In this document: in pieces, positions 8,731 to 17,494 of the stretch
Layout: each line of letters opens with the position of its first letter
Numbering within the stretch: the stretch's first letter is position 1
Source: Limisphaerales bacterium
Lineage (GTDB): Bacteria; Verrucomicrobiota; Verrucomicrobiia; Limisphaerales; SIBE01
NCBI GenBank assembly: GCA_044225505.1
Contig: JBGAIN010000006.1
Coordinates: 106,866 to 126,865 of the forward strand
Direction: 5' to 3'
Length of the DNA stretch: 20,000 nt
The notes under the pieces: generated by a model
What the model saw: only the letters and a program-made list of their open reading frames with translations
The model's database searches: none
What the model was told of the DNA's origin: nothing
Made by a program: the position numbers and the translations under genes

Positions 8731-9564
8731 ATGATTCATCCGACCGCAATTATCCATCCAGGTGCAGAACTGGACGCAACCGTCGAGGTTGGGGCGTATG
8801 TCGTGGTGGATGGCCACGTGCGGGTGGGGCCAGACTGCCGGATCGGGCCGCACTGCTACCTAACCGGCCATACGACGATCGGGAAGGGCAACCAGTTCCA
8901 CGCGGGCTGTGTCATTGGCGACGCGCCGCAAGATTTGAAATACCGGGATGATCCGACGCGGTTGCGGATTGGAGATGAAAATGTCTTTCGCGAGCATGTG
9001 ACCGTGCATCGATCGAATAAGCTGACCGAAGACACGGTCGTGGGATCGCACAACTTTCTCATGGCAAACAGTCATGTGGGGCACAACTCGCACCTGGGCG
9101 ACCATATCATCATTGCAAACGGCACATTGCTCGGGGGACATGTCTGCGTGGCGGACCGGGCGTTTCTCTCGGGCAATTGCCTGCTCCACCAATTCGTGCG
9201 CGTGGGCACTCTCGCGTTGATGCAGGGCGGTGCGTCCATCAGCAAGGACTTGCCTCCCTTTACCATCGCGCGCGGTCAAAATCATATCTCCGGCTTGAAC
9301 ACGATTGGCCTTCGGCGTGCAGGAATTTCGAGTGCGGATCGCTTGAAACTCCGGCGAGCGTATCACGCGCTTTTTCGAAGCGGACGGCCGCTTCATGAAG
9401 GGTTGGAGAATGTCCGACGCGACTTGGGATGTGAACCGGTGCGGGTGTTGGCAGCCTTTGTAGAGTCGGCCAAACGCGGGGTGTGTGCGGATCCCGGTGC
9501 CGGCCTTAAGAACTCCGCGGACGAGTCTACCAGGGAAGAGACGACCGCCCAGCAAGAGGCGTAA
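8731..9564 (+). CDS. lpxA: Acyl-ACP--UDP-N-acetylglucosamine O-acyltransferase
   Basis: MIHPTAIIHPGA start, hexapeptide repeats, IGDAPQDLKY, FREHVTVHR, MANSHVGHN (catalytic His), LHQFVRVG, KDLPPF, GLNTIGLRR. Confidence 0.93.
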   Translation: MIHPTAIIHPGAELDATVEVGAYVVVDGHVRVGPDCRIGPHCYLTGHTTIGKGNQFHAGCVIGDAPQDLKYRDDPTRLRIGDENVFREHVTVHRSNKLTEDTVVGSHNFLMANSHVGHNSHLGDHIIIANGTLLGGHVCVADRAFLSGNCLLHQFVRVGTLALMQGGASISKDLPPFTIARGQNHISGLNTIGLRRAGISSADRLKLRRAYHALFRSGRPLHEGLENVRRDLGCEPVRVLAAFVESAKRGVCADPGAGLKNSADESTREETTAQQEA

Positions 9565-9851
9565 ACCAGGATTAACCAGGCGACCGGCCAGTGCTGGAAC
9601 CCTTGGGTGTGCGGCAGCTGCGCCAGCAGCGCCTGCAGCCAGTCACCGCCCGGGAGAACGATCAGCCCAAGGAGAGATCCGGCGAGAGTCATGCCCGGGA
9701 CGATCCAAGTGCGCCCAATGCGCGGCCAACGCCAGATCGGGCGCTGCGGGACGGCAGCGAGCACACGCTCAGTGAATCCGTCGTCTGCTACCCAGTCGGA
9801 TTCCGAGCTGAGGAGTGTCTGCAATTGTTGGTCAATATCAACGTCACGCAT
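9393..9851 (-). CDS. Putative membrane anti-sigma factor (DUF5056-like)
   Basis: Start overlaps the ECF stop. N-terminal ...VADDGFTERVLAAVP followed by two hydrophobic segments. The 3' end overlaps lpxA. Confidence 0.7.
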   Translation of the reverse strand: MRDVDIDQQLQTLLSSESDWVADDGFTERVLAAVPQRPIWRWPRIGRTWIVPGMTLAGSLLGLIVLPGGDWLQALLAQLPHTQGFQHWPVAWLILVYASCWAVVSSLVDSSAEFLRPAPGSAHTPRLADSTKAANTRTGSHPKSRRTFSNPS

Positions 9852-10395
9852 AACCATTCACGGGTGACCTTGCTTCTAGATACCGGCGCAGCTGCTCTTT
9901 GCCACGCGAGATATGGGTTTTTACAGTGCCTAACGGACATTTCAGCACGGCGGCGGCTTCTTCGTGCGTCATGCCTTGCTGGTAACAAAGCGTGATGGCC
10001 GCGTGCTGATCTGCAGAGAGGGATGCCATGGCCGCATTCAAGTCGGCCGTGGCGTCGTGGGAAGGCTCGGGTGCAGTTTCGGCGAGAAGGCTCTCGGCCA
10101 GGGCTTCGTCGAGCGGCACCGCGGGCTTGAGTCGGCGTAGACCGTTGCGAAATTCGTTGTAGGCGATGGAAAAGAGCCAGGTCCGAAATGCGCCCGAGCC
10201 CCGGAAGGTCTTAAGCCCGCGGTAAGCCCTCAGGAAGGTCTCTTGGGCCAGGTCGTCAGCCCATTCTAAATCGTTCTGGGTGAGACGGCGGAGCCAGGCA
10301 CGGACCGGCCCCTGATACCGAGCGACCAGCTCGCCGAAAGCGTCCGGGTTGTCCCGCAACGCTCGGTCTACCAGTTCGATGTCAGAAGCTGCCAC
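9844..10395 (-). CDS. ECF RNA polymerase sigma-70 factor
   Basis: Region 2 AFGELVARY...ADDLAQETFLRAY...FRTWLFSIAYN; region 4 GMTHEEAAAVLKCPLGTVKTHISRG. GTG start. Confidence 0.95.
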   Translation of the reverse strand: MAASDIELVDRALRDNPDAFGELVARYQGPVRAWLRRLTQNDLEWADDLAQETFLRAYRGLKTFRGSGAFRTWLFSIAYNEFRNGLRRLKPAVPLDEALAESLLAETAPEPSHDATADLNAAMASLSADQHAAITLCYQQGMTHEEAAAVLKCPLGTVKTHISRGKEQLRRYLEARSPVNGYA

Positions 10396-10410
10396 AACGG
10401 AGGGTCCAAC

Positions 10411-11052
10411 CTAGGCGGTTTCTTTGCGGCGATCGAGTCTCCAAAGCACCAGGTAGGCCAATCCGGTAAAGACGGGAATTAAACCCAAACCCCAGGCTCT
10501 GGAGCCGTGCATGATCACGCCGAGAAGAAACATCAGCCCGATCCCTGACCAGAGCAAAAGAAGGCCTCGACGGAAGTCGGACATTTTCGGTTTGGTTGGT
10601 TCGGTAGGGGCGACCAGTTCGGGGGGGATCGCCACATTCCGTTCCATCAGCCCGCGGACAATTTCGTTCAATCGTTGGTAATTCTTGTAGCGAGCGAACA
10701 GAACTCCAGCGGCAAAGGCGATCGGAAAGGTAAAAAACTGCAGCAAGATCAACAAGGGATAGTTCGACTCCGCGTTTTGTGCTCGTATCTCGGCAATGGC
10801 GATACGCTGCTCCGCGGCTCGAAGCTGTTGCTCCTGCACATTCCGGAGTTCCGAAGCGAGAACATAAGGCTCGGATGGCGGGGAAGCCTGGGCGACAGTG
10901 GCCGGGCTCGTGGTGACTGTGGGGTCGAGCGGTGGCGGTAAAACGGGCAAGGGATCCTCCACCGTCGGAGTTTCCGGGGCTTGAGCCCGGTTGATCGCTG
11001 GCGACCCGAGCAGGATCGCAGTGAGAGTGACTAAGGTGTATACGCCTTTCAT
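10411..11052 (-). CDS. Membrane protein, DUF6249-like C-terminal domain, with signal peptide and Pro-rich/coiled-coil N-terminus
   Basis: Start MKGVYTLVTLTAILLG...AQA; TM, then 'IVRGLMERNVAIPPEL...DFRRGLLL..GIGL...GLIPVFTGLAYL'. Lies 15 bp upstream of the ECF gene. Family name is from recall. Confidence 0.75.
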   Translation of the reverse strand: MKGVYTLVTLTAILLGSPAINRAQAPETPTVEDPLPVLPPPLDPTVTTSPATVAQASPPSEPYVLASELRNVQEQQLRAAEQRIAIAEIRAQNAESNYPLLILLQFFTFPIAFAAGVLFARYKNYQRLNEIVRGLMERNVAIPPELVAPTEPTKPKMSDFRRGLLLLWSGIGLMFLLGVIMHGSRAWGLGLIPVFTGLAYLVLWRLDRRKETA

Positions 11053-11229
11053 AACAGGAGTGAAGGTAGCGACGGTAATGGAAATCGTTGCATCTATCAG
11101 GTTAGAGGCGTTCTCAAGGCCGTTTGGATTCAAGAAAGTGGCTTGGCGGAAAACGCCGACGCGCGATCGACCGGGCGGACCTTCAGCGAAAACGCAAAGA
11201 AGATCTCCGATTCTTACTCTGGGGGCTAC

Positions 11230-11258
11230 TTGACTTCTTTTCCTCCATCCGAAAGATT
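11230..11258 (+). promoter_or_regulatory. Putative sigma70 promoter of glyQS (near-leaderless)
   Basis: TTGACT-N17-AAGATT ending 9 bp before ATG 11268; no SD visible. Confidence 0.4.
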
Positions 11259-11267
11259 CATCCTCTT

Positions 11268-13049
11268 ATGGCTGACCCTAAAGTCAACGAGTTGATGGAG
11301 AAGATCGTGTCGCTCTGCAAACGGCGGGGTTTCGTCTTTCAATCATCGGAGATCTACGGCGGGATCAATGGGTTTTGGGATTACGGTCCGCTCGGCGCTG
11401 AGCTGAAGCGCAACGTAAAGGAGCAATGGTGGCGGAGCATGACGCAGCGTGAAGATATCGCAGGCCTGGAAGCGTCCATCATCATGCATCCCAAAATCTG
11501 GGAAGCGAGCGGGCATACTTCGACGTTTACCGATCTCATGGTCGATTGCCTGATGACGAAGCGCCGTTTCCGCGCGGATCAGGTCGAGCCATTAAGCGGG
11601 ACAGTCTACCACTACGACGGCTGTGAAGATCCCGTCAGTAAGAAGGTGCACAAAGACCCGTTCTCCGCCATCGTGCTGCCGGGCAAATCCGAGGACAGCG
11701 CGCGAAAGCTCGCGTATCGTTATTACCAAGAACGGGGCATCAGCGGCGCACAACTCCTCGGCGAACGCACCGAAAAGGTCGAAAACACCACCCGGTTTAA
11801 TCCCGAGAACGGCAGTTTGTTGACGGAGGCACGCCCGTTCAACCTCATGTTCAAGACGTATGTCGGCCCGGTCGAAGCGGCCGAGAACGTGGCTTACCTC
11901 CGTCCCGAGACCGCCCAAGCGATTTTCGCGCAGTTTAAGAACGTGCAGGAAGTTTCACGCCAGAAAGTGCCGTTCGGCATCTGTCAGATTGGCAAGGCCT
12001 TTCGCAACGAGATCAATCCGCGCAATTTCACCTTCCGTTCGCGCGAGTTTGAGCAGATGGAAGTGGAGTTTTTCATTAAACCGGATGAAGCCATCGTAAT
12101 GCAGAACGGAAAGGTGGCCGCGACGGGTGGGGCGGGGCACCCGGGAGAACCTCAGCCCGATTGGGGCTGGGAGCTGTGGCATAAATACTGGGTTGAAGAA
12201 CGGATGCGGTTTTACGAAAGCATCGGCTTGCCGCGCACATCCCTGGAGGAGTACTGGCAGAAGCCGGACGAATTGGCGCACTATGCCAAAGCCACGGTCG
12301 ATATCCTTTACAAGTTTCCGTTCGGCACCCAAGAGCTCGAAGGCATTGCCGCACGCGGAGATTTCGATTTGTCTCAGCACCAGAAATTCACGGGCAAGTC
12401 GATGGAGTATTTCGATGACGAGGTGCGTCTGGCCGCCACGAAGACGGATGAGGCGACGAAGGGCGAGTTGTTGAATCGTTATGCGGAAGTCAAACGCCAG
12501 GCGTTTCTGAAGCGAGGTTTGGATGCTACCGAAGCGGCCGCGCAAGCGGAAGCCGAGGCGCGGAAGTTTTTCGATCGCCTCGCGAAGGGGAACTATATCC
12601 CGCACGTGATTGAGCCCAGTGCGGGAGTGGACCGCTTGATTCTCGCGCTGATCTGCAATGCTTATTGCGAAGACCAGGCTCCCGATGAAAAAGGCAAGAT
12701 GGAGACTCGGATTGTGATGCGCTTTCATCCGCGGATCGCTCCGATCAAAGTGGCGATCTTTCCCCTCCTGAAGAATCGGCCCGAGCTAGTGAAAAAGGCG
12801 CGAGAGGTCTGTGCGCTGCTCCGTCCGCACATGACGGTGTTCTATGATGATAGCGGCGCAATCGGCCGGCGCTATCGGCGACAGGATGAAGCGGGAACGC
12901 CCTTCGGTGTGACCATCGATTTTGACACGTTGGGAGAGAAAGGGCCTGATCTGAAGGATACCGTGACCCTGCGCGATCGAGACACAATGCAACAAACGCG
13001 GGTAAAGATTGACCAGCTTCCGGGCTTGCTGCTGGAGAAGGTTCGTTGA
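11268..13049 (+). CDS. glyQS: Glycine--tRNA ligase, alpha2 (homodimeric) type
   Basis: LCKRRGF..SSEIYGG, LRPETAQ, GKAFRNEI.PRNF.FRSREFEQME, ELEGIA.R, VIEPSAGVDR, anticodon domain IGRRYRRQDEAGTP. Confidence 0.97.
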   Translation: MADPKVNELMEKIVSLCKRRGFVFQSSEIYGGINGFWDYGPLGAELKRNVKEQWWRSMTQREDIAGLEASIIMHPKIWEASGHTSTFTDLMVDCLMTKRRFRADQVEPLSGTVYHYDGCEDPVSKKVHKDPFSAIVLPGKSEDSARKLAYRYYQERGISGAQLLGERTEKVENTTRFNPENGSLLTEARPFNLMFKTYVGPVEAAENVAYLRPETAQAIFAQFKNVQEVSRQKVPFGICQIGKAFRNEINPRNFTFRSREFEQMEVEFFIKPDEAIVMQNGKVAATGGAGHPGEPQPDWGWELWHKYWVEERMRFYESIGLPRTSLEEYWQKPDELAHYAKATVDILYKFPFGTQELEGIAARGDFDLSQHQKFTGKSMEYFDDEVRLAATKTDEATKGELLNRYAEVKRQAFLKRGLDATEAAAQAEAEARKFFDRLAKGNYIPHVIEPSAGVDRLILALICNAYCEDQAPDEKGKMETRIVMRFHPRIAPIKVAIFPLLKNRPELVKKAREVCALLRPHMTVFYDDSGAIGRRYRRQDEAGTPFGVTIDFDTLGEKGPDLKDTVTLRDRDTMQQTRVKIDQLPGLLLEKVR

Positions 13050-13537
13050 TGCCTGAACCCAAGCAAAGGGCACCGACGCTTTACGCCATTATCGTGATTA
13101 AGCTTCTGAAAGGAGCGCTGTTCCTTTCAATGGCCATTGCGGCTTACACCTTATCGGACAACGATCTCCCGGTAGAATATCGACACCTCCTCCATCATCT
13201 CCGGCTAAACCCGGAGAAGAAGTTCTTCAGCGAACTCGCGGTTAAAGTCGGCAAGATCACCGAGGCCAATGTCCTTTGGGTGGCGGCGGGGACCGCTGTC
13301 TATAGCGCCTTCTCGCTGATTGAAGGGATAGGGTTGATCTTCCGGGTTCGTTGGGCGGGATGGATGGCCATTGGCGAGTCGGCCTTCTTTATCCCGATAG
13401 AAGTGTTCGATCTGGTGCATAAGATGACGACGACCGTTGTGGTCATCCTGGCCATCAATATCGTGATCGTTTGGTACCTGTTTGCCAATCGGCACCGACT
13501 CTTCAAACATCACCATCATCAGCGGCACGAAGATTGA
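13049..13537 (+). CDS. DUF2127-like membrane protein with His-rich tail
   Basis: TGATG overlap with glyQS; IKLLKGAL, YSAFSLIEGIGL, FFIPIEVFDL, INIVIVWYL; ends KHHHHQRHED. Confidence 0.8.
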   Translation: MPEPKQRAPTLYAIIVIKLLKGALFLSMAIAAYTLSDNDLPVEYRHLLHHLRLNPEKKFFSELAVKVGKITEANVLWVAAGTAVYSAFSLIEGIGLIFRVRWAGWMAIGESAFFIPIEVFDLVHKMTTTVVVILAINIVIVWYLFANRHRLFKHHHHQRHED

Positions 13538-16500
13538 ATGCGATTCCAGAGCTCAGTTGCGCAGCGATGTTGCTGCTCACAGCCCTGGGCGCGGAACTGC
13601 CACAGAAGGCGCTCACGCCCGGGAATGCGTCTTCCAAGGTGCGGAGCTGGAATTTGGACTTCTCCGAGGGCGGGCACGCCGGATTCACGCTGCTTCCGCC
13701 CGAAGCAACCGGGGTTAGCTTCACCAATGTCCTTGCAGCGAGCCGTTCCATCACCAACCATGTCCTCCTGAACGGATCGGGCGTCGCGGCCGGAGATATC
13801 GATGGCGATGGGCGAGTCGATCTCTACTTTTGCGGGTTGGATAACTCCAATCGGCTCTTTCGCAACCTGGGCGACTGGCGGTTCCAGGATGTGACAGACC
13901 TAGCGGGCGTGGGTTGCGTGGGGACCGATTCGACAGGGGCGGCCTTCGCGGATCTCGATGGGGATGGCGATCTCGATCTGGTGGTCAATTCCATTACGCA
14001 GGGCACTCGAGTCTTCCTCAACGATAGCAAGGGCCGCTTTCAACCGTCGGCCGCGAACTCGCTCTTGAACGAGGGCCAAGCGGGCACGTCGCTCGCACTG
14101 GCAGATATGGATGGAGACGGAGCGCTCGATCTCTATGTCGCGAACTATCGTCCCATGTTCTTCTTTCTCGACAAGCCGGAGACGCGCTATTCCATTCGAA
14201 CGATCAACGGGCAGCCCCAAGTGGCGTTGATTGATGGGCGCCCCCTCACTGATCCCGATTTGACCAACCGGTTCATCTTTCAGCTGCAAGCAGCGGATGG
14301 AAAGATCACTCTGGGCAAAGAAGAGGTCGGTCAGGTGGATGCTCTCTACCACAACGATGGTCAGGGACGGTTTCACGCCATTCCCTGGACCGGAGGCGCT
14401 TTCCTCGACGAGGATGGCAAAACCCTTTTGGCGCCGCCGCGGGATTGGGGATTGTCCGTCATGTTTCGTGATTTAAACGGGGATGGTCTGCCCGACCTGT
14501 ACGTCTGCAATGATTTTAGAACGCCGGATCGGATTTGGTGGAACCAAGGCCAGGGCCGGTTCCGCGCCGCGCCTCGGCTTGCGCTTCGCCACATGTGCCT
14601 TTCGGCGATGGGACTGGATGTAGCCGATGTCAACCGCGATGGCTGGTTCGATATTTTCGTTGCGGACATGCTCAGTACGGACCACGCCCGCCGCCTGGTT
14701 CAGCGGATTGATTTACGACCAGAAACGACCGCGATCGGGGCCATTGAGAATCGTCCGCAATACTCGAAGAACGTGCTCCAACTGAGCCGAGGCGATGGCA
14801 CCTTTCTAGATATCGCTGACCTCTGCGGTTTAGAAGCTTCGGACTGGACCTGGTCTCCCATTTTCCTCGATGTGGATCTGGACGGGTTCGAAGACCTGAT
14901 CATCGCCAATGGTTTTGAGCGCGACACCATGAATATGGATGCGCAACACCAGTTCGAATCCATGGCTCGCGAGCAAAAACTCACCGGACTGGAGCGGCTG
15001 AAACTGCGGCGACTCTACCCGAGATTGAACACGGCGAACCTGGCGTTCCGCAACCTGGGCGGATCCAAATTTGAAAATGTCTCAAAGCAGTGGGCGTTTG
15101 ACACTCCGGCGATCTCACAAGGCATGTGCTTGGCCGATCTGGACAACGACGGAGACCTGGATGTCATCGTCAATAATATGAACTCGGTCGCAGGCCTCTA
15201 CCGCAACGATAGTTCAGCCCCACGGCTTGCGGTGCGCCTGCGTGGGTCTGTGCCAAACACCCACGGAATTGGCGCACGAATCGAAGTCTTCGGTGGACCT
15301 GTTTATCAGAGCCAGGAGATGATTTGCGGGGGGCGTTATTGTTCGAGCGATGACACGATGCGCACTTTCGCGTGTGGTTCTCTCACAAACGAAATGACCA
15401 TCGTGGTCACCTGGCGCTCGGGTGCTCGGTCGATCGTCGAAGGCGCTCGCGGAAATCGCCTCTACGAAGTTGTCGAATCCGAGAGAGTCGCGGGCCAAGC
15501 GGAACAAGCCCTCCCGACGGTGCCGTCGAACTTTGGTCGGCAGCTAGCGGCTTTCCCATCGACCAACAGGAGCTTTCCCATTCTCCAGGCCAGCATCCCG
15601 GGTCAGGCGTCTCGGACCGGCGGACCGCCGCCGACGGGGACATCCGTTCCAAAACCCTATTTCCGAGACGTGAGCGACCGATTGTCTCACACGCATCAGG
15701 AAAATGGCTTTGACGATTTTGTCCGCCAACCCTTGCTGAGCGGAAAGCTCAGTCAAAGCGGACCGGGCGTCTCCTGGTGTGATCTAGACCAGGATGGCTG
15801 GGAAGATCTCATCGTGGGAACCGGGCGTGGAGGTCGATTGGGAGTTTATCGAAATGACCAAAATGGTGGATTTAAGAGTTTCACCCCGGGGAGCTACGCC
15901 GCGCCTTTGCCTAGAGATAGCACCACCATTTTGGGGTGGCAGAAACCAGGCGAGCCTTTCGCCCTCCTCGTCGGACTGGCTAGCGACGAAGATGGCCAAA
16001 CAAATGCCGCGACTGTGATGGAGTTCGACGGGATACGCGGAATGCCTCGGGCGGTCATTCCGGGCAGTTCGAGCAGCTGTAGTGCGCTGGCCATGGCCGA
16101 CATCGACAACGACGGAGATTTGGACTTGTTTGTCGCAGGAAGAGTGGTGCCTGGGCGATATCCCGAAGCCGCGAGCTCCAGGCTTTTTCGCAATGAACGA
16201 GGCACCTTTCAACTTGATGAGTCCAACACCCAGGCGTTGGCCAAAGTGGGCATGGTAACCGGGGCGGTATTCAGCGACCTGGATGGCGACGGGCAGTCCG
16301 ACCTTGTAGTGGCATGTGACTGGGGACCTATCCGCGTGTTTCGAAACAACCGCGGTGTTTTCGAGGAACAAACTCAGGCCCTGGGCCTGGACAAGTTCAC
16401 GGGCTGGTGGACTGGAGTTAACGTGGGGGATTTCAATGGAGACGGTCGCTTGGACATCGTCGCGGGGAACTGGGGCAAAAACTCCCGCTACGAAATCGCC

Positions 16501-17400
16501 CGGTCCATGCCGTTGCGTCTTTATTACGGAGACTTTAACGGCGATGGGTCGGTCCAAACGCTTGAAGCGTACTTTGATCCAGCGCGAAAAACGTGGGTTC
16601 CATGGCGGCGTCTCGATGAGGTGGCTAAGGTGATGCCCTTCGTTAATGCGGCGTTTGGAAGTTTTGAAGAATTCGGCCGAGCGGATGTGGCCGGCATTTT
16701 GGGTGATCGGACATCTCGAGCGACCGTGTTGGAAGCCAACTGGTTGGAATCGACCCTCTTTATCAATCGAACGGATCGATGGGAAGCTTCGCCCCTGCCT
16801 CTTGAGGCTCAAATCAGCCCGGCGTTTGCCATTTGCGTGGGGGATTTGGATGGCGATGGCTTGGATGACTTATTCCTGAGCCAGAATTTCTTCGCTGTGG
16901 CGCCGGAGATGGCTCGGTACGATGCGGGTCGTAGCCTGTGGCTCCGCGGCAATGGAGCCGGGCAATTTCAGGCGATCTCCGGAATGGAAAGCGGCTTGCT
17001 GGTTTATGGCGAACAGCGCGGCGCAGCGCTATGTGACTACGATCATGATGGTCGCTTGGATTTGGTCGTCTCCGAGAACGGCGCGGCGACGAAGCTTTAC
17101 CATAATGAAACCGGTTTACCCGGCCTTAGAGTGCGGGTTCGCGGCGCGAAAGGTAATCCCTATGGCATCGGTGCTGCCGTGCGACTCAAGACACCGAATG
17201 GGGTTGGTCCAACACGAGAAATCCGCGCAGGCGCTGGGTATTGGTCCCAAGACAGTGCCACGTTGCTGATTTCAACAACCGATCATCCTGAGTCTCTAGA
17301 GGTTCGATGGCCGGGAGGGCGTTGGAAAACGGTGCCGATCCCTGAGGGTGCGCGAGAGATCGAGATCGGCGAAGATGGGAGCAGCCAAAGAATTAAGTAA
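13534..17400 (+). CDS. Large FG-GAP/VCBS-repeat protein with two ASPIC/UnbV (CRTAC1-like) modules
   Basis: Many DxDGDGxxDL repeats. ASPIC-like segments GIGARIEV...GGRYCSS...VTWRSG and GIGAAVRL...GAGYWSQ...VRWPGG. TTG start overlapping the upstream TGA is inferred. Confidence 0.88.
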   Translation: MNAIPELSCAAMLLLTALGAELPQKALTPGNASSKVRSWNLDFSEGGHAGFTLLPPEATGVSFTNVLAASRSITNHVLLNGSGVAAGDIDGDGRVDLYFCGLDNSNRLFRNLGDWRFQDVTDLAGVGCVGTDSTGAAFADLDGDGDLDLVVNSITQGTRVFLNDSKGRFQPSAANSLLNEGQAGTSLALADMDGDGALDLYVANYRPMFFFLDKPETRYSIRTINGQPQVALIDGRPLTDPDLTNRFIFQLQAADGKITLGKEEVGQVDALYHNDGQGRFHAIPWTGGAFLDEDGKTLLAPPRDWGLSVMFRDLNGDGLPDLYVCNDFRTPDRIWWNQGQGRFRAAPRLALRHMCLSAMGLDVADVNRDGWFDIFVADMLSTDHARRLVQRIDLRPETTAIGAIENRPQYSKNVLQLSRGDGTFLDIADLCGLEASDWTWSPIFLDVDLDGFEDLIIANGFERDTMNMDAQHQFESMAREQKLTGLERLKLRRLYPRLNTANLAFRNLGGSKFENVSKQWAFDTPAISQGMCLADLDNDGDLDVIVNNMNSVAGLYRNDSSAPRLAVRLRGSVPNTHGIGARIEVFGGPVYQSQEMICGGRYCSSDDTMRTFACGSLTNEMTIVVTWRSGARSIVEGARGNRLYEVVESERVAGQAEQALPTVPSNFGRQLAAFPSTNRSFPILQASIPGQASRTGGPPPTGTSVPKPYFRDVSDRLSHTHQENGFDDFVRQPLLSGKLSQSGPGVSWCDLDQDGWEDLIVGTGRGGRLGVYRNDQNGGFKSFTPGSYAAPLPRDSTTILGWQKPGEPFALLVGLASDEDGQTNAATVMEFDGIRGMPRAVIPGSSSSCSALAMADIDNDGDLDLFVAGRVVPGRYPEAASSRLFRNERGTFQLDESNTQALAKVGMVTGAVFSDLDGDGQSDLVVACDWGPIRVFRNNRGVFEEQTQALGLDKFTGWWTGVNVGDFNGDGRLDIVAGNWGKNSRYEIARSMPLRLYYGDFNGDGSVQTLEAYFDPARKTWVPWRRLDEVAKVMPFVNAAFGSFEEFGRADVAGILGDRTSRATVLEANWLESTLFINRTDRWEASPLPLEAQISPAFAICVGDLDGDGLDDLFLSQNFFAVAPEMARYDAGRSLWLRGNGAGQFQAISGMESGLLVYGEQRGAALCDYDHDGRLDLVVSENGAATKLYHNETGLPGLRVRVRGAKGNPYGIGAAVRLKTPNGVGPTREIRAGAGYWSQDSATLLISTTDHPESLEVRWPGGRWKTVPIPEGAREIEIGEDGSSQRIK

Positions 17401-17409
17401 AGAAAGAAT

Positions 17410-17490
17410 AAAAAAGCGCTCGGACAGCAGACGCCAAGGAGGTGGGGGTGGGGAACCCCGCTGAAAAAACGTGCTGTTGCCCGAACGCTG
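17410..17490 (-). ncRNA. Candidate small RNA: long stem, C-rich loop, U-tail
   Basis: Minus-strand arms AGCGTTCGGGCAACAG / CTGCTGTCCGAGCGCT (13 WC, 2 GU, 1 mismatch) followed by a T-run; promoter-like hexamers immediately upstream. Confidence 0.5.
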
Positions 17491-17494
17491 GATC

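Noticed and set aside
11124..11267. T-box leader or N-terminal extension of glyQS
   Set aside because: No T-box consensus or terminator seen; a promoter-like site lies directly before ATG 11268.
15784..16812. 342-aa minus-strand ORF (also 11955..12728 and 8860..9555)
   Set aside because: Antisense shadows of well-supported genes.
17436..17444. 16S rRNA fragment
   Set aside because: Only the 9-nt anti-SD matches; the flanks are not rRNA-like.
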